Source: Gammaproteobacteria bacterium (lineage in GTDB: Bacteria; Pseudomonadota; Gammaproteobacteria; JAKDMP01). Taken from it: DNA of 64,000 nt. A program made the position numbers and the translations under genes. The notes under the pieces are model-generated. The model made no database searches. It was given only the letters and a program-made list of their open reading frames with translations, and had not been told where the DNA came from. Location of the stretch: positions 26,567-90,566 of the forward strand of contig JALUYA010000032.1 of the NCBI GenBank assembly GCA_027018875.1, read 5' to 3'. Of this stretch, positions 52,736 through 62,696 are shown one piece after another (position 1 is the first letter of the stretch; the number at the start of each line of letters is the position of its first letter).

Positions 52736-52762
52736 TAAAGTCTGTTTCGATCGTGCCGTTTC
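52736..52762 (+). promoter_or_regulatory. sigma28 promoter of flgM-flgN-csrA-fliW
   Basis: TAAA-gtctgtttcgatcgt(15)-GCCGTTTC. Confidence 0.72.
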
Positions 52763-52789
52763 CCATTGTGAACGGAGGAGAAAACCACC

Positions 52790-53110
52790 TTGTCACGCAT
52801 AGATCTCGTCAACGAACTGCTCCAGAGCGGTTCCGTCCGCACCCAGGCGAAATCCGCACGGCCCGCCACCACCGCCAAGGCCCGCGGTGATGCCCCGGGG
52901 CACAAATCCGGCGTGGAAATCCAGCTTTCGGCGGCGGCGCATCAACTGGTGGCAAACCAGGGAGCCCCGCTGGACAGCCGGCACGTCGAGGCCGTCCGCG
53001 CCGCGATGCAACAAGGCCGATACCTCATCGACAGCGCCGCCCTCGCCCGGAAGATGACCACCACCATCCTGGAAACTCTCGGGCTCCCAGGGGAAAGCGG
53101 TTCGTCATGA
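52790..53110 (+). CDS. flgM: Anti-sigma28 factor
   Basis: IQLS...DSRHVEAVRAAMQQGRYLID...ARKM; strong RBS; after flgA. Confidence 0.85.
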   Translation: MSRIDLVNELLQSGSVRTQAKSARPATTAKARGDAPGHKSGVEIQLSAAAHQLVANQGAPLDSRHVEAVRAAMQQGRYLIDSAALARKMTTTILETLGLPGESGSS

Positions 53111-53508
53111 CCTCCCGCCGTCTCCGCCCGGAACACCGCGAAGGATTGCTGGCGCTGGAGCAGATGCTGGAGGCGGAACGCGTGGCCCTGGTCAACGCCG
53201 ATTATGACCGGCTGCAAAGCCTTTCCGAGGAGAAGATCCGCCTGCTGGGATGGCTGGAAAAGATTCTCGGCGAGGAATTTTCCGGCGACGATGTACTCGC
53301 CGGCGACACCGACTGGAAACAATTTCTCGGCGCGCTGGCCGAAGCCCGGCAGAAGAACCGGGAAAACGGCGCCCTTATCAGCCGCATGCAGGACTTTGTC
53401 CGCGAAGCCCTGGCGGTATTGCGGGGAACGGACGGCGACAGCGCCTACGATGCGCACGGAAGCGCCGACCAGGCCTGCATAAAAAGCCACACCCTGGGCC
53501 GGGCCTGA
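53107..53508 (+). CDS. flgN: FlgN export chaperone (copy 2)
   Basis: LEAERVAL...K, NRENGALI, AYDAHG; ATGA overlap with flgM. Confidence 0.82.
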   Translation: MTSRRLRPEHREGLLALEQMLEAERVALVNADYDRLQSLSEEKIRLLGWLEKILGEEFSGDDVLAGDTDWKQFLGALAEARQKNRENGALISRMQDFVREALAVLRGTDGDSAYDAHGSADQACIKSHTLGRA

Positions 53509-53738
53509 TGTTTGTACTCAGCCGCAGGATCGGCGAAGCCATTCGCATCGGCGACATCCGGGTGGTCGTTACCCGCATCTCGGGAAAACAGGTGCGGCTG
53601 GGGTTTAAAACCCCCACCGGGCTGCGGGCGTACCGGGCGGAGCTGTATGCCGCCATCGAGGCCGATAACCGCGCCGCGCAACGCGTCACCCCCCAACTAC
53701 TGGATTACTGGACGAAACATGACAACGCAACGGATTGA
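53508..53738 (+). CDS. csrA: Carbon storage regulator CsrA, long C-terminal type
   Basis: MFVLSRRIGEAIRIGDI...QVRLGF.TP....YRAELY; true start at the TGATG overlap with flgN. Confidence 0.9.
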   Translation: MFVLSRRIGEAIRIGDIRVVVTRISGKQVRLGFKTPTGLRAYRAELYAAIEADNRAAQRVTPQLLDYWTKHDNATD

Positions 53739-54189
53739 GACGGCCTTCGGCCCCATCGAAGTACGGCCCGGGCAGCTTTGGAGCATCGCCGGCAGCCTGG
53801 CCGGGTTTCCCGAACTGCGTCATTTCGTGTTGCTCGATGTCGCCTGCCACCGGCCGTTGGTCTGGCTCCAGGCCATTGAAGACCCGTCGGTCTGCTTCGC
53901 CCTTGCCGCCCCGGCGACCTTTTCCCTGGCCTACCCGCCGGTACCCACCGAAGCCTTGTTCGGAACGCCCGCCGCCGAGACCCTGCTGATGCTGATGGTT
54001 ATCCTGGAGCGGCAGGGCCAAGGCCGGATCGTGCCCCAGCCACATCGCCTGGCCCCCTTGTGTTTCGACCTGCGGCGCAAGCGCCTGACCCAGTGGATTC
54101 TCGCCAACCCCCGGGCAGTTACCACCATCACTTTCCCCGTGACGCAAGTCCCCGCGCCGCCGCTGGAACCCATCGCCGTCAACGCCTAG
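53719..54189 (+). CDS. fliW: Flagellar assembly factor FliW
   Basis: IETAFG, LAGFPELRHF, VWLQAIEDP, LAPL, QWIL; overlaps the csrA end. Confidence 0.8.
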   Translation: MTTQRIETAFGPIEVRPGQLWSIAGSLAGFPELRHFVLLDVACHRPLVWLQAIEDPSVCFALAAPATFSLAYPPVPTEALFGTPAAETLLMLMVILERQGQGRIVPQPHRLAPLCFDLRRKRLTQWILANPRAVTTITFPVTQVPAPPLEPIAVNA

Positions 54190-54208
54190 GCGCGGCAATA
54201 GGTACCGG

Positions 54209-55315
54209 CTAATCCGTTTCCCCGCCGCGGCGATCCACCGTGGCTACCCGTCCCATCCGGGCAAAACCCATCACCGCCGCCCCCATGCGCTCCAGCGGCA
54301 ACACGGCCTCGGCCCCCCCCTTCTCGATGCCCGCGCGCGGCATGCCGAACACCACCGAGCTGGCCTCATCCTGGGCCAGCGTATGCGCCCCGGTGCGGCG
54401 CAACGCCAGCAACCCCGCGGCGCCGTCCGCCCCCATCCCCGTCAACAACAGTGCCAACATATTGGCCCCGCCGCCAACGCGGGCCGCGGAATGAAACAGG
54501 ACATCGACCGAAGGCCGGTGGCGGTTGACCGGCGGGGAATCCTCCAACCGAACCCGATAATTCCTCCCGCTACGCTGGATCAGCAAATGCCGGTCTCCCG
54601 GCGCGATCAGCACCCGCCCCGGCAAAAGCTGGTCGCCGGATTGCGCCTCGTCCACCTCCATGGCACACAAATGATCCAGCCGTTCCGCCAGCGCCTTGGT
54701 GAAGTACGCGGGCATGTGTTGCACGATGGCCAGGGGGGGGCACTGTGCCGGCAAGTCGCCCAACAACCTCTCGATCGCCTGCACCCCCCCGGTCGAGGTG
54801 CCGATCAGCACGATACGCTCGGCACCGGGCCGGGGGCCCGTCGCCGCCGGGAGCCGCCGGGGGAGAGGCCGCGGCGCCTGCCCGCGCGGCGCAACCGCCA
54901 CGGACGAGGGGAGATTCGCCTGGGCCGCCGCCTTGATCGTGGCCACCAGTTCCGGGCCCTGGCGCTGGAAAAACTCCTGGAGCCCCGAGTGCGGCTTCGC
55001 CACCGTGGCAAAGGCGCCGTTCGCCAGGGCCTCCAGGGTGGCCCGCGCGCCGGTCTGGGTCAACGAGGAACAGATCACCACGGGGGTAGGCCGATCCCGC
55101 ATCAATCGCTTGAGAAAAGTCAACCCGTCCATGCGCGGCATTTCCAGGTCGAGCACGATCACATCCGGCCACTGCCGCGCCAGGTACCGCTCGGCAAAAA
55201 TAGGGTCGGCGGCGGCGCCCAAGACTTCCAGCCCGGGATCGGCGCCCAGCAACCGCCCGAACGCCCGGCGGAGCAACGCCGAATCGTCGATGATCAACAC
55301 CCCTATCTTGCTCAT
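54209..55315 (-). CDS. cheB: Chemotaxis methylesterase with receiver domain
   Basis: [35 protein letters not shown]. Confidence 0.96.
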   Translation of the reverse strand: MSKIGVLIIDDSALLRRAFGRLLGADPGLEVLGAAADPIFAERYLARQWPDVIVLDLEMPRMDGLTFLKRLMRDRPTPVVICSSLTQTGARATLEALANGAFATVAKPHSGLQEFFQRQGPELVATIKAAAQANLPSSVAVAPRGQAPRPLPRRLPAATGPRPGAERIVLIGTSTGGVQAIERLLGDLPAQCPPLAIVQHMPAYFTKALAERLDHLCAMEVDEAQSGDQLLPGRVLIAPGDRHLLIQRSGRNYRVRLEDSPPVNRHRPSVDVLFHSAARVGGGANMLALLLTGMGADGAAGLLALRRTGAHTLAQDEASSVVFGMPRAGIEKGGAEAVLPLERMGAAVMGFARMGRVATVDRRGGETD

Positions 55316-55382
55316 GGGCACCTCTTTCTTTGTCTTTCATCATATCATTGCCCCGGGGCCGAGGCCCCGGCGCAGCGCCGCC

Positions 55383-55409
55383 TCAAGTTCCGCCGGGCCG
55401 TGACGTAAA
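55383..55409 (+). promoter_or_regulatory. Possible sigma28 promoter of the MCP
   Basis: TCAA-gttccgccgggccgt(15)-GACGTAAA; weak -10 match. Confidence 0.35.
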
Positions 55410-55440
55410 GGAGAACAGGTTTCCTCACCCCCTCCGTCTC

Positions 55441-57063
55441 ATGCAGTGGATTCACAACCTCGGCTTTCGCACCAAGCTATTCATCCCCAACCTGCTCGCC
55501 ATCGCCGCCATGATCGCGGGGCTGGCGCTCGCGGTTTACATGATTCACTCGGTGGAAGGCAGGATGCTGAAACTCCACGCCACCACCGAAACGGCCATGA
55601 TAGACATCGTGGCAGTCTCCCACGACACCCGGGTGCTGGGCCAACTGATCCGCGCCGCCAACTTCAGCGCCAGCTCGGGGCAGCTCAGCGCCCGCCAGGC
55701 CCGGGCCCGGCGCGAGGCCCTGGCCGATCTGCCCCGCCGGATACAATCCCTGCGCACGGTATTCAAGGGCACCTCCCTGGATGCCCGGGCCGACTCCCTG
55801 GCAACGGCGGCCGACACCGCCCGGCGGACCGCGATCGCCGCGCTCGCCGCCAGCAAGAGCGTCGGCGCGGCGGCCCTGCTGCGCGCCCAGGCCAGCGCCG
55901 CCGCCGGAAATGCCTTCGACAAGGCGGCCCAAACCTTCATGGGCCAACTGGACCGTTTCATAGCCGCCAGGGTGGCCGCCGAAAGGGCCTCTGTGCGCGA
56001 CAATATCGCCCTGCTGCTGGTTCTCGCCGGGATCATGATCGTGGTGCTGCTGGGGATCGCCTACCTGCTGAGCCGCCTGATCACCCGGCCCCTGGCGACC
56101 GCGGTGCGGGTCTCCGAATCCCTGGCCAACGGCGACCTCGGCGCCGAGGTCAGAGTATTGGGCCGCGATGAAATGAGCCGCCTGATGCAGTCGATTCAAA
56201 ACATGACCGCCCGCCTGCGCGAGACCATCCGCAAGCTGCAGGCCACCGCCGTGGATGCCGGCGGCAGCGCCCAGCAGGTCGCCGCCGCGACCGAGGTTAT
56301 CTCCCAGGGCGCCACCGAACAGGCCGCCAGCGTCGAGGAGACCAGCGCCTCGACCGAGGAGATGTCGGCCTCGGTCAACCAGAATGCCGATAATGCCCGC
56401 GCCGCCGAGACCAACGCCGTGCGTGTGGCGGAGAAGGCGGAACAGGCCGCACAAGCCACCGAAGGCGCCCTGGAAGCCATCCGCACCATCGCCAAGAAGA
56501 TCGGCCTGGTCGATGAGATCGCCTCCCAGACCAACCTCCTGGCGCTCAATGCCGCGATCGAGGCGGCGCGCGCGGGGGAGTCCGGCAAGGGCTTTGCGGT
56601 GGTCGCCGAGGAGGTTCGCAAACTCGCCGAACGCAGCCGCTCGGCGGCCCAGGAGATCAATGCCCTGGCCGGGGAAACCGTCGGCAAGGCCGAAAACACG
56701 ACCGGGTTGATTCAGGGCATGCTCGATGATATTCGCAAGAACCGGGATCTCACCCAGGAGATCGCCGCCGCCTCCGAGGAACAGTCCACCGGCCTGTCGC
56801 AAATTACGACTGCCATTGCCCAAATCAACCAGGCGGTACAGCAAAACGCGCAGACGGCCAACCAACTGGCCGCCACGGCGGGTACGCTGCGCCACCAGGC
56901 CGAGGAGATTACCCACCAGGTCGGCTTCTTTCGCCTCCCCGGATCCGAGCCGAATGCGCCCGCCCCATCCGCCTCCATGCCGCGTAACGCTCCCCCGGCG
57001 CCGCCGCGGCCGCATCCATCCGAACTCGCCGCCGACCGGGAAGCCGATTTCGTCAGCTTTTAA
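55441..57063 (+). CDS. Methyl-accepting chemotaxis protein (2 TM, HAMP, C-terminal DFVSF pentapeptide)
   Basis: [40 protein letters not shown]; start placed at MQWIHNL. Confidence 0.95.
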   Translation: MQWIHNLGFRTKLFIPNLLAIAAMIAGLALAVYMIHSVEGRMLKLHATTETAMIDIVAVSHDTRVLGQLIRAANFSASSGQLSARQARARREALADLPRRIQSLRTVFKGTSLDARADSLATAADTARRTAIAALAASKSVGAAALLRAQASAAAGNAFDKAAQTFMGQLDRFIAARVAAERASVRDNIALLLVLAGIMIVVLLGIAYLLSRLITRPLATAVRVSESLANGDLGAEVRVLGRDEMSRLMQSIQNMTARLRETIRKLQATAVDAGGSAQQVAAATEVISQGATEQAASVEETSASTEEMSASVNQNADNARAAETNAVRVAEKAEQAAQATEGALEAIRTIAKKIGLVDEIASQTNLLALNAAIEAARAGESGKGFAVVAEEVRKLAERSRSAAQEINALAGETVGKAENTTGLIQGMLDDIRKNRDLTQEIAAASEEQSTGLSQITTAIAQINQAVQQNAQTANQLAATAGTLRHQAEEITHQVGFFRLPGSEPNAPAPSASMPRNAPPAPPRPHPSELAADREADFVSF

Positions 57064-57197
57064 CGGCTGGGGGACCCTTATAATGGAGCCGGGTTGCCAT
57101 GGAGATTCAAACTCTGTGTTTTTTGCTCCCGGTGAAACCGCGGCGACCCGGCCCCCGACAAGCCTGAACGAACCCATGACTCCCGGGCGCGCGAGTC

Positions 57198-58070
57198 ATG
57201 GCTGAATCCCCGTCGCCGGGCCCCCTCACCCATCAGAAAACGCTCGCCCGGGGCCAGCCGCCCCCCGCGGCCATGACGGAGAACGAATTCCAGCGGTTCC
57301 AGGCGCTGTTCGCGCAAACCCTGGGGCTGAGCTTCACCTCCGAAAAACGGGACCTGTTGACGCTGCGCCTCGCACCCCGGCTGGCCGCGCTGGGGCTGAG
57401 GGATTACACCGCCTACCATGCCCTTATCGCCCGCCCCGAGGCCCGGGAAGAACGCCTGCGCGCCTTCGATCTGGTGACCACCCACGAAACCTGGTTCTTC
57501 CGCGAGATCCGCCATTTCGATTACCTGCGTGAGCAGGCCTCGGAATGGCCGCTGGACCGCAAGCTGCGCGTCTGGGACGCCGCCTGCTCGAGCGGCGAGG
57601 AGGCCTATTCCATCGCCATGACCCTGGCCGAGGTCATGGGAACCCACCGCAAACGCTGGGAACTGCTCGCGAGCGACATCAGCCACCCCTGCCTCCAGGC
57701 GGCCCGCCACGGCAAGTACCCGCTCGGGCGCGGAAAAGATATCCCTCAGCGCCACCTGGAACGTTTTTGCCTCAAGGGAGTCCACTCCCAGGAGGGCCAA
57801 TTCTGCATCCGCCGCGAACTGCGCGATACCGTTCACTTCAAGTTGATCAACCTGGTCGAGCCGCTACCCTTGCTCTCCCCATTCGACATGATCTTCCTGC
57901 GCAACACGCTCATCTACATGAACCCGGCCGTGCGAACCTCGATCGTTACCGCATTGACCTCGCGGCTTGCTCCCGACGGCATTCTGTTCATCAGCCACAC
58001 CGAAAGCCTTCAAGGCCTGGGCCTGAAATTTCGCCTGCTCCAACCGGGAATCTACTGCCGTGATTACTGA
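57198..58070 (+). CDS. cheR: Chemotaxis methyltransferase
   Basis: TTHETWFFRE, AACSSGEEAYS, SDI, FLRNTLIY; start may be 57273. Confidence 0.95.
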   Translation: MAESPSPGPLTHQKTLARGQPPPAAMTENEFQRFQALFAQTLGLSFTSEKRDLLTLRLAPRLAALGLRDYTAYHALIARPEAREERLRAFDLVTTHETWFFREIRHFDYLREQASEWPLDRKLRVWDAACSSGEEAYSIAMTLAEVMGTHRKRWELLASDISHPCLQAARHGKYPLGRGKDIPQRHLERFCLKGVHSQEGQFCIRRELRDTVHFKLINLVEPLPLLSPFDMIFLRNTLIYMNPAVRTSIVTALTSRLAPDGILFISHTESLQGLGLKFRLLQPGIYCRDY

Positions 58071-58293
58071 TACAAACATCGCCCGGGCCCCCCGGATCCC
58101 GCCGGGACGATGAGCTGGAGATCGGCCCGGCGCACCCCGGGACCCTATAGCCGAACCGCAATCGGCAACCACCCGGAAACCCCTTTATAATGAACTGGAA
58201 GCCATTGCCTCCAAGACCGGGTGCCACCGCCGGGCCCGGCAATGGCTTCACCACCACCGGGACGGGGAGACTCTTGAGGCGGATGATCTGGAA

Positions 58294-59475
58294 ATGACCA
58301 CGGAGAAAAAGCCACGAACCCGAAAGAAACCGCGAACGGCCAAGCCCGCGGCGCGCAAGAAGACCGCACCCGGCAAACCAGCGGATAGGGTAAAGGATGC
58401 GCCCGCAGCGACGCTCTCCCAGGACGAAACCGATCAAACCGTCCAGAATGCCCAGCCGGGCACCGCGCAAATCCAAGAAGAACGCCTGCTCTCCCAGGAC
58501 GAAATCGATACCCTGCTCTCCGCCATCGATGGCGGAGATATCGGCAAGGAAACGGATCAGATCGAACCGCAGGAGGGGGATATTCAGCCCTATGATCTTA
58601 CCCGGCAGCACCAGAAAAACATGCACTTTCCCGGCCTGGAACTGCTCAACGAACGCTTCGCCCGACGCTTCCGGATCGCTTTGCTGAGCTTGCTGCGCTG
58701 CGCAATCGAAATCAAGCCCACCCCGCTGCGCCCACAAACCTTCACGCAGTTCATGAACCAGCTTCCCATGCCGACGTGCCTGAACATCGTCAATGTGCGC
58801 CCCCTTTACGGCTCGGCCATGTTCGTATTCGACACCCAGCTCGTCTATACCCTGGTCGATATTTACTTCGGGGGCTCCGGGCGCACCCCCATCAAGGCCG
58901 AAGGGCGCGACTTCACCCCCACGGAAATCCGGGTCGTGCGGGCCATCCTGCGACAGGCCTTCGCCGATCTGTCCGCCGTCTGGGACCCGATCTCCCCGCT
59001 TCGGTTCCAGTATGACCGGTTCGAGCAGAACCCCCGCTTTGCCACCATCCTGGGCCCGGATGAACTGGTCTTGGAGTCCGGTTTCACCCTGAATGTGGGC
59101 GGCAGCAGCGGGGTTTTTCGCGTTCTTTTCCCCCTGACCATGCTCGAACCCGTGCAGCAACTGCTCGCCACCACCTACCAGGAAACCATACCGGAACAGG
59201 CCAATGAGACCTCCATTCACCTCTCTTCCCTGGAGGGGATCGACATCGAGGCCGTATGCGAATTCGGCACGCTATCCCTGAGCGTGGGCCAACTGCTGTC
59301 CCTGAAGCCCGGAGCGGTCATTCCCCTCGAGCCCACGAGTCACCCGCAATTGAGGATCTCCGGCCTGGTCATTGCCCAGGGACAGGCCGGCATGAAGGAC
59401 GGCAACCTGGGCTTCCGGGTAGAATCGATGGAATCCATCGAACCTGAACCGCCGGCCCCGAGTCAACACCCATGA
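58294..59475 (+). CDS. fliM: Flagellar motor switch protein
   Basis: [33 protein letters not shown]-terminal SpoA domain. Confidence 0.92.
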   Translation: MTTEKKPRTRKKPRTAKPAARKKTAPGKPADRVKDAPAATLSQDETDQTVQNAQPGTAQIQEERLLSQDEIDTLLSAIDGGDIGKETDQIEPQEGDIQPYDLTRQHQKNMHFPGLELLNERFARRFRIALLSLLRCAIEIKPTPLRPQTFTQFMNQLPMPTCLNIVNVRPLYGSAMFVFDTQLVYTLVDIYFGGSGRTPIKAEGRDFTPTEIRVVRAILRQAFADLSAVWDPISPLRFQYDRFEQNPRFATILGPDELVLESGFTLNVGGSSGVFRVLFPLTMLEPVQQLLATTYQETIPEQANETSIHLSSLEGIDIEAVCEFGTLSLSVGQLLSLKPGAVIPLEPTSHPQLRISGLVIAQGQAGMKDGNLGFRVESMESIEPEPPAPSQHP

Positions 59476-59867
59476 AACGCCAAAACCTGTCCATCCTCGT
59501 AGTCGATGACTTCGCCACCATGCGCCGGATCGTTCGCAGCCTGCTCGCCGAGCTGGGTTACACGAAAGTCATGGAGGCCGAAGACGGCCTGCAAGCGCTC
59601 TCGGTACTCCGCACCCAGCCCATCGATTTCGTGATTTCCGACTGGAACATGCCCCGGATGCAGGGTATCGATATGCTTCGGGCTATTCGTGCGGACCAGG
59701 CGCTGGCCCATATTCCGGTGTTGATGGTCACGGCCGAGGCCAAGCGGGAACAGATCGTCGCCGCCGTCCAGGCCGGGGTCAACGGCTATGTGGTCAAGCC
59801 TTTCACCGCCGTGACGTTAAAGGAGAAGATGAGCCGGATCTTCGAACGGTTGGAGGGAAGCGCCTGA
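59472..59867 (+). CDS. cheY: Chemotaxis response regulator
   Basis: [31 protein letters not shown]. Confidence 0.95.
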   Translation: MKRQNLSILVVDDFATMRRIVRSLLAELGYTKVMEAEDGLQALSVLRTQPIDFVISDWNMPRMQGIDMLRAIRADQALAHIPVLMVTAEAKREQIVAAVQAGVNGYVVKPFTAVTLKEKMSRIFERLEGSA

Positions 59868-59913
59868 CCCGAGCCGGCTCGAGACCCCGCAATAGTCTGA
59901 GCTGGGAGGCGGC

Positions 59914-61803
59914 ATGGGCGAACTGGAACAAGAGCTGTTACAGGACTTTCTGGTCGAGGGCCGGGAACTTCTCGAAAATCTCGATGAAAACCTGGTCGAT
60001 CTGGAACAACGGCCGAACGACGAGGAACTGCTGAACGCGGTCTTCCGGGGGTTCCATACCCTGAAGGGGGGTGCCGGATTTCTGGGTATCGCCCCGATGG
60101 TCAATCTCTGTCATCGGGCCGAGGCACTGCTGGATCGCCTGCGCCAGGGCGAGCTACGCATCGACGCCCCCCTCATGGACACCATCCTGACCGCACTCGA
60201 CGCGACCAAGGCGATGTTCGCCACCCTGGAACAAGGGAAAAAGCCGGAAGATCCCGATCCCTCGCTGTACGCGCAATTGGATCATTACGTATCCGCCCCG
60301 GGAGCGGAACCCGAAACCGGGACGGAGGCGGTTCCGCAAGCCCCCCCGCAGACCGGTGGAACCGGGGGGGTGAGTTTTGAAACCCTGCTGGCCGAGGCGG
60401 CCAATGCGGATCCGCCACCGGGCACGGATGAAGCGATAAGCGATGAGGAATTTGAAACCTTACTGGACGGGATGTACGGTCCCGGCGCGGCCCCCGGAGT
60501 TGCTCAAACCCGGGAGCCATCCCCTGTGCAGCAAGCTTCACACTCCAGGGAAAACACAGAAAATACTCCGCCCGTTCCATCGTCACCGCACCCGGAAAAA
60601 ATTTCCGTACCGAAACCTCCTACGGAAAACACGATCCGGGTGGACGCCAAACGCCTCGACGAGTGTCTGAACCTGGTGGGTGAGCTGGTGCTCACCCGCA
60701 ATCGCCTGTTTACCCTGGCCGAGAAATCCATGGGTGCAAGCTATGCCGATGTGCTCGCCAACATGGACCAGATCACTTCCGGTCTCCAGAATGCCATCCT
60801 GAAGCTGAGGATGCAGCCGATTCAACGCGTTTTTTCCCGTTTTCACCGGGTGGTGCGCGACCTGGCGCGCCACCTCGGCAAGGAGGTTCGCCTGGAGTTG
60901 ATCGGCGAGGAAACCGAGGTGGACCGCAGGGTCATCGAAGAACTGGCCGACCCGCTGACCCATCTACTGCGCAACGGCCTGGATCATGGGATCGAACCTC
61001 CCGATGAGCGCGAGGCCCTGAACAAGCCCCGCGAGGGTCGCCTGACGCTTCGCGCCTCCCAGCAGGGCGACCACATCCTGATCGAGATGATCGATGACGG
61101 GCGCGGCATCGACCCCGATCGATTGCGCCGGGCGGCGGTGGAAAAGGGCCTTATCGGCGTCGACAACATCGGCGATATCAGCGACGAGGAGGCCTACGAT
61201 CTGATGTTTCTGCCGGGTTTTTCCACCCGGGCCCAGGTTTCCGACATTTCCGGGCGTGGGGTCGGCATGGACGTCGTCCGTAACGGCATCACCAACCTGA
61301 ACGGTAATATCCAGGTTCGCTCGGAGCCCGGCAAGGGCAGCTGTTTTCGCATCACCCTGCCGCTCACCCTGACGATCCTGCCCACCCTGATCGTCGGCGT
61401 GAATGGCCAACGCTTCGCCTTCCCCCTGTCGCGCGTACGCGAAGTAACCCGCCTATCGGAACACCATCAACACCGGGTCGGACACCGCAGCACCCTGGTC
61501 TTTCGCGGCCAGACCGTGGTCCTGTTCGATCTGCGCCGGGAACTGGGTGAGCGGCGAAACTCCGAAAATCCCCCCCCGGAGGCAAACCCCCAGGTCCTGA
61601 TCATCGAGGCGGCCAACCGCACGGCCGCCATATTCGTCGATACGATCCTCGGCCAACAGGATGTGGTCGTCAAGCCCCTGGCCGTGGAGCTGACCTCCAC
61701 CACGGGAATTTCCGGGTCATCTATCACCGGCGATGGACGCATTGTCCTGATCCTGGATCTGGACGAACTCGTCCGCTCCCTGCTACTGGAGCGGGCCGCT
61801 TGA
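59914..61803 (+). CDS. cheA: Chemotaxis histidine kinase
   Basis: FRGFHTLKG Hpt, NLVGEL, HLLRNGLDHG, DDGRG, SGRGVGMDVV, CheW domain. Confidence 0.96.
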   Translation: MGELEQELLQDFLVEGRELLENLDENLVDLEQRPNDEELLNAVFRGFHTLKGGAGFLGIAPMVNLCHRAEALLDRLRQGELRIDAPLMDTILTALDATKAMFATLEQGKKPEDPDPSLYAQLDHYVSAPGAEPETGTEAVPQAPPQTGGTGGVSFETLLAEAANADPPPGTDEAISDEEFETLLDGMYGPGAAPGVAQTREPSPVQQASHSRENTENTPPVPSSPHPEKISVPKPPTENTIRVDAKRLDECLNLVGELVLTRNRLFTLAEKSMGASYADVLANMDQITSGLQNAILKLRMQPIQRVFSRFHRVVRDLARHLGKEVRLELIGEETEVDRRVIEELADPLTHLLRNGLDHGIEPPDEREALNKPREGRLTLRASQQGDHILIEMIDDGRGIDPDRLRRAAVEKGLIGVDNIGDISDEEAYDLMFLPGFSTRAQVSDISGRGVGMDVVRNGITNLNGNIQVRSEPGKGSCFRITLPLTLTILPTLIVGVNGQRFAFPLSRVREVTRLSEHHQHRVGHRSTLVFRGQTVVLFDLRRELGERRNSENPPPEANPQVLIIEAANRTAAIFVDTILGQQDVVVKPLAVELTSTTGISGSSITGDGRIVLILDLDELVRSLLLERAA

Positions 61804-62582
61804 GACGCTTTGCGGTCGTCAACCAGAAGGGCGGGGTCGGCAAGACCACGACCGCTCTCAGCCTGGGCGCCCTGCTCGCCCGCGATCACGCTCCGGTACT
61901 CTTGGTGGACCTGGATCCACACGGATCGCTTACGACCTATTTCGGCCTGGATCCCGATCGGGTTCAAGCCGGAAGCCAGAGCTTGTTCGACGTGCCTCCG
62001 GGCACCGATTTTCCGCCCTTGGAATCCCTCGCGGTGCCTACCGGTACGCCGAATCTCATCCTCCTGCCCGCCGCCAGCACCCTGGCGACGATCGAGCGAC
62101 GCCTGGCCTCGGCCGTCGGCACAGGCCTGGTTCTGCGCACGGCAATCGAAAAATCCGGGTCGGATTTCAGCCACATCCTGATCGACACCCCCCCCACCCT
62201 GGGGGTACTCATGATCAACGCGCTGGCCGCCTGTGAACAGGTCATCATTCCCGCGCAAACCGACTATCTCGCCCTGCGGGGACTCGACCTGGTTTCCCGC
62301 ACCCTCGAGCGAGTACGCAAAACCCGTCACTGGCCCTTGCCCGAGTTGATCGTTCCCACTTTCTACGATCGCCGCACCAAGGCCTCCGAGGCCGGCCTCG
62401 CCGAACTCAAGCGCCGCTACCCGGAACGGCTTTGGCCCGATGTGATTCCCATCGACAGCGGCATCCGCAATGCCAGTGCCGCGGGCATTCCCTATCCCGC
62501 GTACAATCCCCGGGGCAAGGCCACCCGGGCCTATGAACGGCTTCTCTCCCATTTGTTGCCCCGGGAGGGAAATACCGAGTAA
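61800..62582 (+). CDS. ParA-family ATPase (ParC-like chemotaxis array positioning)
   Basis: NQKGGVGKTTT, DLDPHGSLT, IDTPPTLGVLMINALAA. Confidence 0.88.
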   Translation: MRRFAVVNQKGGVGKTTTALSLGALLARDHAPVLLVDLDPHGSLTTYFGLDPDRVQAGSQSLFDVPPGTDFPPLESLAVPTGTPNLILLPAASTLATIERRLASAVGTGLVLRTAIEKSGSDFSHILIDTPPTLGVLMINALAACEQVIIPAQTDYLALRGLDLVSRTLERVRKTRHWPLPELIVPTFYDRRTKASEAGLAELKRRYPERLWPDVIPIDSGIRNASAAGIPYPAYNPRGKATRAYERLLSHLLPREGNTE

Positions 62583-62696
62583 CCTCTACCCCGGGCCGGG
62601 GCCGGCCGAGCCTTCAGATTCTATCTTTTGTAACGTATGTAAAATGGTAATTTATTTTTCAACCCGTGGCTCCCATGCCGATCCAGGAGATTATGC

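Noticed and set aside
53250..53738. 162-aa ORF as a CsrA fusion protein
   Set aside because: The N-terminal part overlaps flgN in another frame; the real start is ATG 53508
55477..57177. 566-aa minus-strand ORF
   Set aside because: Antisense shadow of the MCP
60370..60470. Repeated FETLL in the CheA linker
   Set aside because: Such acidic repeats are ordinary in F6-type CheA linkers
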